Position numbers and translations under genes: made by a program. The notes beneath the pieces are model-generated. The model had not been told where the DNA came from, did not search any database, and was given only the letters and a program-made list of their open reading frames with translations. From Candidatus Uhrbacteria bacterium RIFCSPHIGHO2_02_FULL_46_47 (GTDB lineage: Bacteria > Patescibacteriota > Patescibacteriia > GWA2-47-26), in the NCBI GenBank assembly GCA_001790815.1, contig MGDU01000010.1, positions 2,621-66,620 of the forward strand: a stretch of DNA of 64,000 nt, read 5' to 3'. Every line of letters begins with the position of its first letter. Positions within the stretch are counted from its first letter, which is position 1. Positions 37,578 to 46,488 of the stretch are shown in pieces.

Positions 37578-39224
37578 ATGGCATTAGCACTCTATCGCAA
37601 ATATCGTCCCCAAACCTTTCGGGAAATTACCAATCAGAATCATGTCAAAATAACTCTTGAGCGAGAGGTTGCGCAAGAAAAGGTAGCACACGCCTACCTT
37701 TTTTCAGGTCCGCGAGGAACGGGAAAGACTTCGCTCGCGCGCATTTTGGCAAAAGCAGTGAATTGTCAGGGCTTAGCCCTGGACGCAAAAGGGCTAAGCC
37801 CTAGACAAAATGGTGAGCCGTGCAATAAATGCGAGGCATGCAATACTATTACGGAGGGACGTGCGCTGGATGTTATTGAAATTGACGCCGCTTCATATAC
37901 CGGCGTAGATAATGTGCGCGAAACCATTGTTGAAACGGCGAAATTCGCGCCCTCGCGCCTTAAGTGCAAGGTATTCATTATTGATGAGGTGCATATGCTC
38001 TCAAATGCGGCCTGGAACGCGCTTTTGAAAATAATGGAGGAGCCTCCCGCGCATGTTATTTTTGTACTGGCCACAACCGAGGTGCATAAAGTTCCGGCAA
38101 CGATTCTCTCACGCTGTCAGCGATTTGATTTTCATCGTATTCGCCCCTCTGACATGGTTGCGCGGTTGAAATTTATCGCGGCGCAGGAAAAAGTAAAAGT
38201 TGCAACGCCAGTGCTTCAATCTGTGGCGCGATTTGCCGAAGGGTGCGTACGCGACGCTGAAAGTTTGCTGGAGCAATTATTTTCATTGGGAGAAAAGGAA
38301 ATTACCGAAGATGTGGCATCACTGGTACTTCCGCGCACTTCCATGCCGCTCGCGCTGGATTTACTGGAGTGTATAAGCGCGGGTGAGGTTAGACGCGCGC
38401 TTTTGCTTATCGGGTCGCTTACGGATCAAGGGATAGATCTTCCGCAATTTTCCAGCGACTTGCTGGAATTGTTGCGCAATGTGCTTCTGATTAAAAATGG
38501 CGGCAAGGACATGGTGGTTTCCGCGACAGACGCGTCCACATTTGAGCGTTTGGAAAAAATTAGCGACGGCTGGACAATGCCGCGGATACTCTTCATCGTT
38601 GATACATTTGTAAAAGCCAAACAAGGACTCAAGGGCGCAACCATTCCGCAATTGCCATTGGAGATTGCTGTAGTGGAGGCGGGGGAGGAAGGGCGCGCCG
38701 GTCAGCCGGAAGATCTGCCTCGAACACGCGTCGGCGCAACATTTACCCTGTACGATGACTCATCTCGCCGCGCTCCCGCTCGCCCCGCCTCAACGACTCC
38801 ATTAAAAGAGACCCAGATTTCGGCGGGGCTGCGCGAGGGTTCTCGGCAGTCCTCCCAGCCGCCCGTCGCGCCAAAAGTGAAGAGGAATGAAAATAACAAT
38901 GCGGTATTATCTTTGCAAGATCTCCAGGCCAAATGGCCGGAGGTGTTAAAGCGCGCGCAAGAAGAGAATCATTCACTGCCATTTTTGCTTTCCACAAGTG
39001 AACCAATGCGGATGGAAGGCGATACCATTCATGTTGGCGTGCAATATCCGTTTCATTGCGATAAATTAAATGAGCCAAAATCCCGTGCGGTACTTGAAAA
39101 GATTGTAAGTGATGTATATGCCATGCCACTGCGCATCCAAGGGGTAATTTCCGCCCGGCCGTCTGAAAAAGATAATTCAGTGGAGGATGTTTTAAAAACA
39201 CTTGGCGGGCGACTTGTTGGATAA
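37578..39224 (+). CDS. dnaX: DNA polymerase III subunit gamma/tau
   Basis: YRPQTFREI, GPRGTGKTS Walker A, zinc module CNKCEACN, IIDEVHMLS Walker B, SRCQRF sensor; carries one in-frame family B palindrome (QGLALDAKGLSPRQ). Confidence 0.9.
   Translation: MALALYRKYRPQTFREITNQNHVKITLEREVAQEKVAHAYLFSGPRGTGKTSLARILAKAVNCQGLALDAKGLSPRQNGEPCNKCEACNTITEGRALDVIEIDAASYTGVDNVRETIVETAKFAPSRLKCKVFIIDEVHMLSNAAWNALLKIMEEPPAHVIFVLATTEVHKVPATILSRCQRFDFHRIRPSDMVARLKFIAAQEKVKVATPVLQSVARFAEGCVRDAESLLEQLFSLGEKEITEDVASLVLPRTSMPLALDLLECISAGEVRRALLLIGSLTDQGIDLPQFSSDLLELLRNVLLIKNGGKDMVVSATDASTFERLEKISDGWTMPRILFIVDTFVKAKQGLKGATIPQLPLEIAVVEAGEEGRAGQPEDLPRTRVGATFTLYDDSSRRAPARPASTTPLKETQISAGLREGSRQSSQPPVAPKVKRNENNNAVLSLQDLQAKWPEVLKRAQEENHSLPFLLSTSEPMRMEGDTIHVGVQYPFHCDKLNEPKSRAVLEKIVSDVYAMPLRIQGVISARPSEKDNSVEDVLKTLGGRLVG
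37767..37801. repeat. family B palindrome pair in-frame in dnaX
   Basis: cagggcttagccctg-gacgcaaa-agggctaagccct. Confidence 0.8.
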
Positions 39225-39234
39225 CAGTGAAAAT

Positions 39235-39900
39235 ATGAAAAGTTCTTTAGTCCAATTTCATAGTTTAAAGTTTCAAAAAAAGAAATTTCGCGCGCTAGTT
39301 GCCAAACATTTTGGTCCGCAAGATCAAAAGAAAATAATAGATGCGTTTATTTTTGCGGAGCGCGCGCACACTTTACAGCGGCGCGATGAGGGAGACGCCT
39401 ACATTATTCATCCAATTAGAGTTGCAATTACGCTTCTTGATAATATAGGAACTTGGGATAGTGATATTGTAGGTGCCGCGCTTTTACATGACGTAATTGA
39501 GGATTGCGGCGTGCGACGCGCAACTCTGCAAAAACGTTTTGGAAAACGCGTTACCCACTTTGTTGAAGCTCTTACGCGTAGAAGAGAAAAAGGAGAAACC
39601 GAAGTTGAGAAAGAAAAACGCAAGATTGCAAAACTCAAAACATTGCAAAAATATCCGTTTGAAGTGCAACTAATCAAATGCGCGGATATTCTTGATAATT
39701 TGCGATGCGCGGCGGACGTGCCGTGGTGGGCCTGGACTCCTATTGCGCGAAAAAAATTTCCGCGATGGCGCCGCGAATTTCATGTCGCAGCGGAATTCGC
39801 GAAAAGTGTTCATCCTATTTTATATCGTGAAATACGCGACGCGCTTCGGCTGTTTGAAGTAAAACGAATGGTGCGCGGCCTTGTACGCCTCGGGTTTTAA
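39235..39900 (+). CDS. HD-domain hydrolase (SpoT/RelA-type (p)ppGpp hydrolase-like)
   Basis: HTLQRRDEGDAYIIHPIRVA .. AALLHDVIEDC (HD motif); start placed after the dnaX stop. Confidence 0.65.
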   Translation: MKSSLVQFHSLKFQKKKFRALVAKHFGPQDQKKIIDAFIFAERAHTLQRRDEGDAYIIHPIRVAITLLDNIGTWDSDIVGAALLHDVIEDCGVRRATLQKRFGKRVTHFVEALTRRREKGETEVEKEKRKIAKLKTLQKYPFEVQLIKCADILDNLRCAADVPWWAWTPIARKKFPRWRREFHVAAEFAKSVHPILYREIRDALRLFEVKRMVRGLVRLGF

Positions 39901-39927
39901 ATGTTATACTAAATGGGGAATCATATG

Positions 39928-39960
39928 AATGTAAAATGTAAAATGAAAAATGTAAAATTA
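39928..39960 (+). promoter_or_regulatory. family G element (three TGTAAAAT boxes) at the start of the 39943 gene
   Basis: gaaTGTAAAATGTAAAATgaaaaaTGTAAAATta. Confidence 0.45.
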
Positions 39961-40971
39961 TTGCGCCTCGCTCAGTGTGCATTTTTAATTTTTAATTTTA
40001 CATTTTTAATTCAATTTGCACAGGGCGGTGAATTTGAGGTTGATTTGGGACTGCGTTTCGAAGATATTTTGATAGTGCCAGCCTTACCTATTGCTGGACA
40101 AACTGCGCGTATATACGCGACCGTGCATAATTTTGGAACCAAAGATGCTTTAGGAAAAGTTTCATTTTATCAAGGGCCATTTCTTATTGGTCAGTTACAG
40201 ATTGTATCTGTTAAGGCGCAAGGATTTGCCGATGAAGTATTTATTGATTTTACGGTGCCGGACGGCCCATTTAATATCTTGGTCAAATTAAGTGAAATAT
40301 CTCCTGCCGACCAAAATTCAGGCAATGACGATACAGTGACTCCGCTTAAAGAACCGCTCCCGGATCAAGATCATGATGGGATTATTGATGAACGCGATAG
40401 TTGTATTTCAGTTGTAAATGCGGACCAAGCAGATCACGATGGAGATGGACGTGGAGATGCGTGTGATCCGGATTCTGATAATGATGGACTCGCAGATATT
40501 GACGAAGTCGCGCGCGGATTAAATCCGTTGAATCCCGATACTGATAATGATGGTATGATTGACAGTAAAGATCCGCATCCTCTCAAAGCCGATCCTTCGC
40601 CGCTAGCAAAGAAAGATACGCCGGTAAAAGTCGCAAAAGTTACAGAGACGCAAAAATCACAGTCTGGCGGTGCGGCAGTGGAGGGTGCAAAAAATGATAA
40701 TGCAGCTTCGGAAACTATGGTAGACACGCGCAGTACACCTGAGGCATCAGCTCCGCTTGCCACAGCAGTGCTGGATAAGGAAGATTCTGTACGCGCGGAA
40801 GAAGAATCAATTATTTCAGCTGAATACGCGACTATAATTACGCCGCAGACAAAAATTCCGAAAATACCGCGCGGAGGTTTTTCAAAGCTTTGGGTTGCAG
40901 CCGTATTTTCTACAATATTTGCAGGCGTATTTTCATTTTTAGCGCTGCGTATGAAAACTCCCAAAGAATGA
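39943..40971 (+). CDS. secreted membrane-anchored protein with thrombospondin type 3-like Ca-binding Asp repeats
   Basis: Signal MKNVKLLRLAQCAFLIF. Repeats DQDHDGIIDERD / DHDGDGRGDACDPDSDNDGLADIDE / DTDNDGMIDSKD; C-terminal TM (LWVAAVFSTIFAGVFSFLAL). Confidence 0.6.
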   Translation: MKNVKLLRLAQCAFLIFNFTFLIQFAQGGEFEVDLGLRFEDILIVPALPIAGQTARIYATVHNFGTKDALGKVSFYQGPFLIGQLQIVSVKAQGFADEVFIDFTVPDGPFNILVKLSEISPADQNSGNDDTVTPLKEPLPDQDHDGIIDERDSCISVVNADQADHDGDGRGDACDPDSDNDGLADIDEVARGLNPLNPDTDNDGMIDSKDPHPLKADPSPLAKKDTPVKVAKVTETQKSQSGGAAVEGAKNDNAASETMVDTRSTPEASAPLATAVLDKEDSVRAEEESIISAEYATIITPQTKIPKIPRGGFSKLWVAAVFSTIFAGVFSFLALRMKTPKE

Positions 40972-40972
40972 A

Positions 40973-41053
40973 ATGCCAATCTACGAATTTCATGCAAATC
41001 TACAAATCGCGAATTTGTATTTGTAGATTTGAATAAGATTTGTAAATTTGCAT
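40973..41053. repeat. family F intergenic element, copy 2 (immediately upstream of murJ)
   Basis: atgccaatctacgaatttcatgcaaatctacaaatcgcgaatttgtatttgtagatttgaataagatttgtaaatttgcat. Confidence 0.75.
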
Positions 41054-41057
41054 TGTC

Positions 41058-42710
41058 GTGGTTCAATGGTTCAATTCTAAAATAGAAAGCATTGCAGGTG
41101 CCGCGGTAATTTTGGCCGGGGCATCTTTCGCATCTAAAATTTTAGGGCTGCTGCGCAATCGCGTGCTTGCTGGCGCGTTTGGCGCTTCAGATACGCTGGA
41201 TGCTTATTATGCCGCCTTCCGCATTCCGGACGCAATTTTTCAGTTTGTGGTCTTAGGCGCGCTCTCGGCCGGGTTTATTCCGGTATTTATGGAGTTGATG
41301 GCGCACACCCCCTCACCTCAATCCTCTCCCTCAGGGAGAGGGCAGGGTGAGGGCAATTCTCAGTGGCAAGTGGCTTCAACCGTGCTAAACGCGCTCGTCA
41401 TAATTCTTGCCGTTTTTGCCACGGTCTTTGCAATTTTCGCTCCACAGCTTCAAATGCTTATTGCCCCCGGATTTAATGGCGAAAAACTCGCGCTGACCAT
41501 ACAATTCGCGCGCATCATGGCGCTTAGCCCTATTTTTTTGGGAATCTCCGCGGTATTTTCCGGAATTTTGCAATCCTATCGCCGTTTTGTAATTTACGCG
41601 CTGGCCCCGCTTTTTTATAATGTAGGCATAATTTTCGGCGCGCTTTGGCTTGTGCCGATTTTTGGAGTTTTGGGATTGGCACTTGGCGTTGTAATAGGCG
41701 CGCTAATGCACATGGCCGTGCAAATTCCAAATGTGCGCCGTGTTGGATTTCGCTGGCGGCCTATTTTAGATTTAAAAAGCCAAGCCGTACGCAAAATCGG
41801 AGTGCTTTCCATGCCGCGCTTGCTTGGTTTGGCTGTAACTCAAGTCAATTTATTCGCGATTACACTTTTAGCTTCAAAATTGTCTTCCGGAAGTTTGTCA
41901 ATATTTAATCTGGCAAATGACATTCAAAGCGTACCCATAGGACTTTTTGCGATTTCCCTTGCCACCGCCGCGTTTCCGGCCTTTTCCGAATTTGCCACGC
42001 GTAAAGATAACGATGGATTTAGAAAAAGTTTTTCTTCTACGGCGCGCCTCATTTTGTTTTTAACCATTCCATTTGCCATCCTGCTTTTGCTTTTGCGGGC
42101 CCAAGTTGTACGCGTGCTTTTGGGGTCCGGAAAATTTGATTGGGCAGATACTATAGCTACCGCGGACACGCTTGCATTTTTTAGCTTAAGTTTGTTTGCC
42201 CAGGCGCTATTGCCCCTTTTGGCACGCGCATCCTACGCATTGAAGGATACATTGTCGCCGCTTCTGGCCGGTGCCGCAGGAGTCGCGGCCAATGTCATAC
42301 TCGCTTTGTATTTTCGCGGACCTTTTGGGATTGCCGGGTTGGCGCTTGCGTTTTCATTCGCGATGCTTATAAATTTAGGGATACTTTGGCTTATGCTTCG
42401 TGCGCGTCTGCGCTCGCTTGACGAGGCGCAAATTGTTCCCGCGCTTTTTAAAATCTCCGGAGCGGCGCTGGCCATGGCACTTGTCGTGCAGGCCACAAAG
42501 TATTGGCTTGCCCCGCAAGTGAATATGCAAACCGGGGTAGGAGTTTTAACGCAAGGATTTGTCTCGGGCACCCTCGGTCTTACTGTATTTTTAATTACCG
42601 CGCTGGCCATGGGCTCAGACGAAGCCCGCGCCATTAAGAATGCTTTTACCAAGCGCCTTTTCCGCGGGAAAGATGTCCGGCCAGTGGAAATCGTGGAGCC
42701 CCGCGGATGA
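41058..42710 (+). CDS. murJ: lipid II flippase MurJ (MviN)
   Basis: GTG start; N-terminal ASKILGLLRNRVLAGAFGASDTLDAYYAAFRIPD is the MurJ signature and the protein has about 14 TM segments. A family C element is inserted in-frame (HTPSPQSSPSGRGQGEGNSQ). Confidence 0.85.
   Translation: MVQWFNSKIESIAGAAVILAGASFASKILGLLRNRVLAGAFGASDTLDAYYAAFRIPDAIFQFVVLGALSAGFIPVFMELMAHTPSPQSSPSGRGQGEGNSQWQVASTVLNALVIILAVFATVFAIFAPQLQMLIAPGFNGEKLALTIQFARIMALSPIFLGISAVFSGILQSYRRFVIYALAPLFYNVGIIFGALWLVPIFGVLGLALGVVIGALMHMAVQIPNVRRVGFRWRPILDLKSQAVRKIGVLSMPRLLGLAVTQVNLFAITLLASKLSSGSLSIFNLANDIQSVPIGLFAISLATAAFPAFSEFATRKDNDGFRKSFSSTARLILFLTIPFAILLLLLRAQVVRVLLGSGKFDWADTIATADTLAFFSLSLFAQALLPLLARASYALKDTLSPLLAGAAGVAANVILALYFRGPFGIAGLALAFSFAMLINLGILWLMLRARLRSLDEAQIVPALFKISGAALAMALVVQATKYWLAPQVNMQTGVGVLTQGFVSGTLGLTVFLITALAMGSDEARAIKNAFTKRLFRGKDVRPVEIVEPRG
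41308..41352. repeat. family C palindromic element in-frame in murJ
   Basis: cccctcacctcaatcctctccctcagggagagggcagggtgaggg. Confidence 0.8.
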
Positions 42711-42779
42711 TACGTGGGGCGGGATTGACAAAATAGGGTAAGAAGCGCAGGGTGGAAGTAGTTCCTAGGAGGAAAAATC

Positions 42780-43736
42780 ATGCAATCACGGCCAAGGCGC
42801 ACTCTCTATCAAGATAGGACATGGCTTAAGGTGCGGCTAAAGCGCGGCTTGACCGCGCCTCAGATTGCAAATCAGGTCAAAGTCAGCACGCCTACCATAA
42901 CACGATGGATCGCGATTCATGACCTTGTTGGATGTTCCTTGCGCGCGATTTGTCGCAATTATCTGAACAGACGCGCGCGGGCAACCTATGCCAATAGAGC
43001 GTGGCTTCGCGCAGAACTTGCGGCAGAACACACCTACAAAGAGATTGCCAAAAAGGTAGGCGTTTATCCGCTTACCATTGCCAATTGGGCCTTGCGGTTC
43101 AAGTTGGCTAATGGGCACCTTTCTCATACTGCCACTTGTACCTACGCCAATCAGAAGTGGCTGGCCGCCCAGATTGCGCGCGGGTTTCTTGATAGGCAAA
43201 TTGCTCACGAAACCGGCGTAACAGCTCACACTATAGAATATTGGCGCAAGCAGTTTGGCATCAGGTGCCCGCCGCGGCAGCGACCACCGAGAAATCTGAA
43301 GGAGCGGCGTGCTTTTGGGACGTGGCTTGCGCCGCGCCTGCATCGCTTAGCGCTCCCGGAGACACAAGGCGCTGCCCTTTGCGCGTATTACGCAGTAAAC
43401 GGCACTTTCTGTGAGCAGAAGCAATTGGCACAAGAGCAGGGAGTGACTCCGCATGGTATTGATTATCGCAGAACCAAAGCACTTGCGGTCATACTGGATA
43501 CCTTTGGCATGGGACAGCTCGCAAGATTTCCGGAGATAGTTAAGCGACGAAAAACACTTCAAGCGTTTGTGCCAAAGAAACAAACACACACGCTACGCAC
43601 ATATCGTGATAAGGCGTGGCTTAGGGCGCGCGTTGCGCGCAACTTATCCGACAAGCAAATCGCGAGCGAGGTTGGAAACACTAGTTTTACAACTATCGCG
43701 CATTGGCGTCGATCTTTTGGGATCACAAGGAGGTAG
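42780..43736 (+). CDS. protein built from tandem helix-turn-helix repeats (5-6 units, about 46 aa each), IS3-OrfA-like HTH
   Basis: Repeats of the form Y.N..WL...LA....K(E/Q)IA...GV...TI..W...FGI (e.g. YANRAWLRAELAAEHTYKEIAKKVGVYPLTIANWALRF). No transposase catalytic domain follows. Confidence 0.55.
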   Translation: MQSRPRRTLYQDRTWLKVRLKRGLTAPQIANQVKVSTPTITRWIAIHDLVGCSLRAICRNYLNRRARATYANRAWLRAELAAEHTYKEIAKKVGVYPLTIANWALRFKLANGHLSHTATCTYANQKWLAAQIARGFLDRQIAHETGVTAHTIEYWRKQFGIRCPPRQRPPRNLKERRAFGTWLAPRLHRLALPETQGAALCAYYAVNGTFCEQKQLAQEQGVTPHGIDYRRTKALAVILDTFGMGQLARFPEIVKRRKTLQAFVPKKQTHTLRTYRDKAWLRARVARNLSDKQIASEVGNTSFTTIAHWRRSFGITRR

Positions 43737-43893
43737 CGTTGAATTCATATGCCGACCGCGTCATCCCAGCGGCCGGCCTTATTTTTGACAATAAAGCGGT
43801 GTGGGCATTTTTTTATAAATACCGCATTCTCCAATTCGCGCGAATTGGAGAATGCATTCTGCGATTCTGCGGAATTGCGGAATGATGGCGGAA

Positions 43894-44300
43894 TAAAAAA
43901 AGCGCCCACCCCGAGAGTCCATTGGGTGGGCATTTACGCCGTGCGATCATGCAATGTGCCTGTTCCCAGGCCTGCTCCAGGTCCCACTGGAGAGAGGGCG
44001 GGCTCTCGTCGGTCTCAATGAGCCCTAGTTGCTGATGCACTTGTGGCTAGCTGTACTGTACGACCTTGCGGTCGGAAGGAGCAAATAAAGGGCGCCGGGT
44101 TCACCGCCGGTACGGCGCCCGAGAAACAATTACGGTGCGGGGAGTACCGGACTCCCACACAGAGCCGAGTCGTGCGCGTTCACGATCTCGGAGCATTCCA
44201 GCACGCCTAGTTGGCTCCCTTGCGAGAGTTGACCGCGCATCGGTCGTGCCGGCGGCCATTTTAAGGCCCACACATTTTTCTTATTTTTGACTTTTACTTC
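43894..44300 (-). ncRNA. candidate structured ncRNA of about 400 nt, family unassigned (RNase P RNA-like size, motifs inconclusive)
   Basis: Minus-strand consensus -35 TTGACA (44331-44336), 17-nt spacer, -10 TAAACT (44308-44313). The 0.6-kb gap has no credible ORF, is GC-rich and full of perfect hairpins including GNRA/GGAA tetraloops. It ends in a strong minus-strand terminator (43894-43931). Confidence 0.4.
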
Positions 44301-44307
44301 TGAATGC

Positions 44308-44336
44308 AGTTTAGCATAATCTGAATGCCTTGTCAA
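44308..44336 (-). promoter_or_regulatory. sigma70-like promoter (-35 TTGACA / -10 TAAACT) driving the minus-strand ncRNA
   Basis: The palindromic core CTTGTCAAG also supplies TTGTCA as a -35 for the plus strand, with TATGGT as a -10 just before lepA. Confidence 0.45.
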
Positions 44337-44366
44337 GGGGGGTAGAAATGGGGTATGGTGGGAGAC

Positions 44367-46337
44367 ATGGAACAATCGAAAATTCGGAATTTTTGCATTA
44401 TCGCCCATATTGATCATGGAAAGTCCACGCTCGCGGATCGGTTTTTGGAATTGACCGGAACAGTAGAAAAGCGGCAGATGAAAGAACAGCTTTTGGATCA
44501 GATGGATATTGAACGCGAGCGCGGCATCACTATCAAACTCGCTCCAGTCCGCATGAACTACGTACTACATACTACCCCCTACGTACTTAACCTAATTGAC
44601 ACCCCCGGCCACGTTGACTTCACTTACGAAGTTTCGCGTTCACTGGCGGCAGTGGAAGGCGCGATTTTACTGGTTGATGCAACTCAAGGCGTGCAAGCCC
44701 AAACTATTGGTAATCTTTATCTTGCGCTAGAGCAAAATCTCACAATTATTCCAGTGGTAAATAAAATTGATTTGCCCAGTGCCGATGTTGCTAAGACAAA
44801 GGCAGAACTCATGCATTTAATCGGATGCAAAGAAGAGGAGATTTTGGCAGTTTCCGGACGAACTGGTGAAGGTGTGCCGGAATTGTTGGAGGCGATTGTG
44901 GAACGCGTGCCAGCCCCTCACCCCAACCCTCTCCCACAAGGGGAGAGGGAGTTACAGAAATACCCCACTCCCTTAATGGGAGGGGATAAAGGGGGGGGTG
45001 TTTCGCTTCGGGCCTTAATCTTTGACTCCATTTATGACACGTATCGCGGAGTGGTGGCGTATGTGCGGGTATTTGACGGTGAAATAAAAAAGGGCGAGAA
45101 AATCATTTTCATGGCCACCAAGGCGCAAAGCGAAGCGCTGGAAGTTGGATTTTTCAAACCAAAATTTGTTCCCTCCGATTCACTTGGAGCCGGTGAGATC
45201 GGTTATATTGTGACTGGGCTTAAAGATATTGCCGGATGCCGCGTTGGAGATACTATTACGGGCTACACGCTACACGCTACAAGCTACACGGTTGAACCCC
45301 TTCCCGGCTATAAAGAAGTAAAACCCATGGTGTTTGCCGGAATTTTTCCAAAAGTAGGGGATGAGTATTCGCAACTGCGCGAGGCCATGGGAAAACTCAA
45401 ACTCAATGACGGCGCGCTTAGCTATGAGCCGGAAAAATCCACTGCGCTGGGATTTGGATTCCGCTGCGGATTTTTAGGACTTTTACATTTGGAAATTGTA
45501 GAAGAGCGTTTGCGTCGCGAGCATAACGTTGAAGTAATTACAACAGTTCCATCTGTGGCGTATCGGGTTAGCAAAACTGATGGTCAAGTGATGATAATCA
45601 AAGGCGCGCAGGAATTGCCTGATCAAAATTATATTCAAAAAATTGAAGAGCCGTGGGTCAAAATTGATGTGGTGGTGCCAAAAAAATACATTGGCGGAGT
45701 GATGCAGTTGGTACAAGAGAAAAGGGGAGTGTATGTGAATACGGAGTACATGCTACCCTCACCCCAACCCTCTCCCATAAGGGGCGAGGGAGAAAATCAG
45801 GTTCCCTCTCCCTCCATGGGAGAGGGAGATTCGGCCATGGACGAATCGGGTGAGGGGCGCGTAATTTTGCATTACGAACTCCCGCTTGCCTCAATTCTTG
45901 TGGATTTTTATGATAAACTCAAAAGCGTTTCTTCTGGTTATGCCTCGCTCAATTATGAATTGACCAAATACAAGGAAGCAGATGTGGTGCGACTTGATAT
46001 TTTAGTGGCTGAAGATCAGGTTGAGGCGCTGGCCACGGTTGTTTATAGCGATAGCGCGCAAGACTCGGGTCGTAAAATTGTGGAGGCGCTTAAAAAAACT
46101 TTGCCGCGCCAGCAATTTGAAATTAAAATCCAGGCCGCGCTGGGCGGAAAAATTATTGCTTCCGAACGCATTTCACCTTTGCGCAAAGATGTGACGGCCA
46201 AGCTTTATGGCGGCGATGTGACGCGCAAAATGAAACTTTTGGAAAAACAGAAAAAAGGCAAGAAAAAAATGGCGGCCATGGGCCACGGGGCAGTGGATAT
46301 TCCACCAGCGGCCTACCTTGCGGTACTGAAACGTTGA
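44367..46337 (+). CDS. lepA: elongation factor 4 (LepA) with two in-frame palindromic insertions
   Basis: MEQSKIRNFCIIAHIDHGKSTLADR (G1), DTPGHVDF (G3), NKID (G4). Family C insertions encode PAPHPNPLPQGERELQKYPTPLMGGDKGGGVS and LPSPQPSPIRGEGENQVPSPSMGEGD... Start taken at the homologous Met (ORF track 44355). Confidence 0.9.
   Translation: MEQSKIRNFCIIAHIDHGKSTLADRFLELTGTVEKRQMKEQLLDQMDIERERGITIKLAPVRMNYVLHTTPYVLNLIDTPGHVDFTYEVSRSLAAVEGAILLVDATQGVQAQTIGNLYLALEQNLTIIPVVNKIDLPSADVAKTKAELMHLIGCKEEEILAVSGRTGEGVPELLEAIVERVPAPHPNPLPQGERELQKYPTPLMGGDKGGGVSLRALIFDSIYDTYRGVVAYVRVFDGEIKKGEKIIFMATKAQSEALEVGFFKPKFVPSDSLGAGEIGYIVTGLKDIAGCRVGDTITGYTLHATSYTVEPLPGYKEVKPMVFAGIFPKVGDEYSQLREAMGKLKLNDGALSYEPEKSTALGFGFRCGFLGLLHLEIVEERLRREHNVEVITTVPSVAYRVSKTDGQVMIIKGAQELPDQNYIQKIEEPWVKIDVVVPKKYIGGVMQLVQEKRGVYVNTEYMLPSPQPSPIRGEGENQVPSPSMGEGDSAMDESGEGRVILHYELPLASILVDFYDKLKSVSSGYASLNYELTKYKEADVVRLDILVAEDQVEALATVVYSDSAQDSGRKIVEALKKTLPRQQFEIKIQAALGGKIIASERISPLRKDVTAKLYGGDVTRKMKLLEKQKKGKKKMAAMGHGAVDIPPAAYLAVLKR
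44914..45000. repeat. family C palindromic element in-frame in lepA (1 of 2)
   Basis: cccctcaccccaaccctctcccacaaggggagagggag...gggaggggataaaggggggggtg. Confidence 0.8.
45756..45857. repeat. family C palindromic element in-frame in lepA (2 of 2)
   Basis: ccctcaccccaaccctctcccataaggggcgagggag...ctccatgggagagggag...gggtgagggg. Confidence 0.8.
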
Positions 46338-46458
46338 TGATATAGTATTCAACCATTATGAAACGCAAGACATTTCAGCGTGCCTGGACAGTAGTCGTAA
46401 TCATTATGATTGCGGCGATGATTTTATTTACCATCGTGCCGTATCTGTTCTAGTGAAC

Positions 46459-46481
46459 GCCGGCTAAAGACCGGCGACTAC
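46459..46481. repeat. family E REP-like half element (single hairpin + GACTAC) 8 nt upstream of recJ
   Basis: GCCGGctaaagaCCGGCgactac. Confidence 0.65.
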
Positions 46482-46488
46482 ATTTAAT

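Noticed and set aside
42233-43343. Minus-strand ORFs 42233-42802 and 42837-43343
   Set aside because: They fully overlap the well-supported murJ 3' end and the HTH-repeat gene on the plus strand and have no start context or recognisable domains.
44050-44110. SRP RNA domain IV-like string GGUCGGAAGGAGCA on the plus strand
   Set aside because: The flanking sequence folds into independent hairpins (GACC-UUGC-GGUC; GGGCGCCG..CGGCGCCC) that conflict with an SRP helix 8 fold. The promoter and terminator point to a minus-strand transcript instead.
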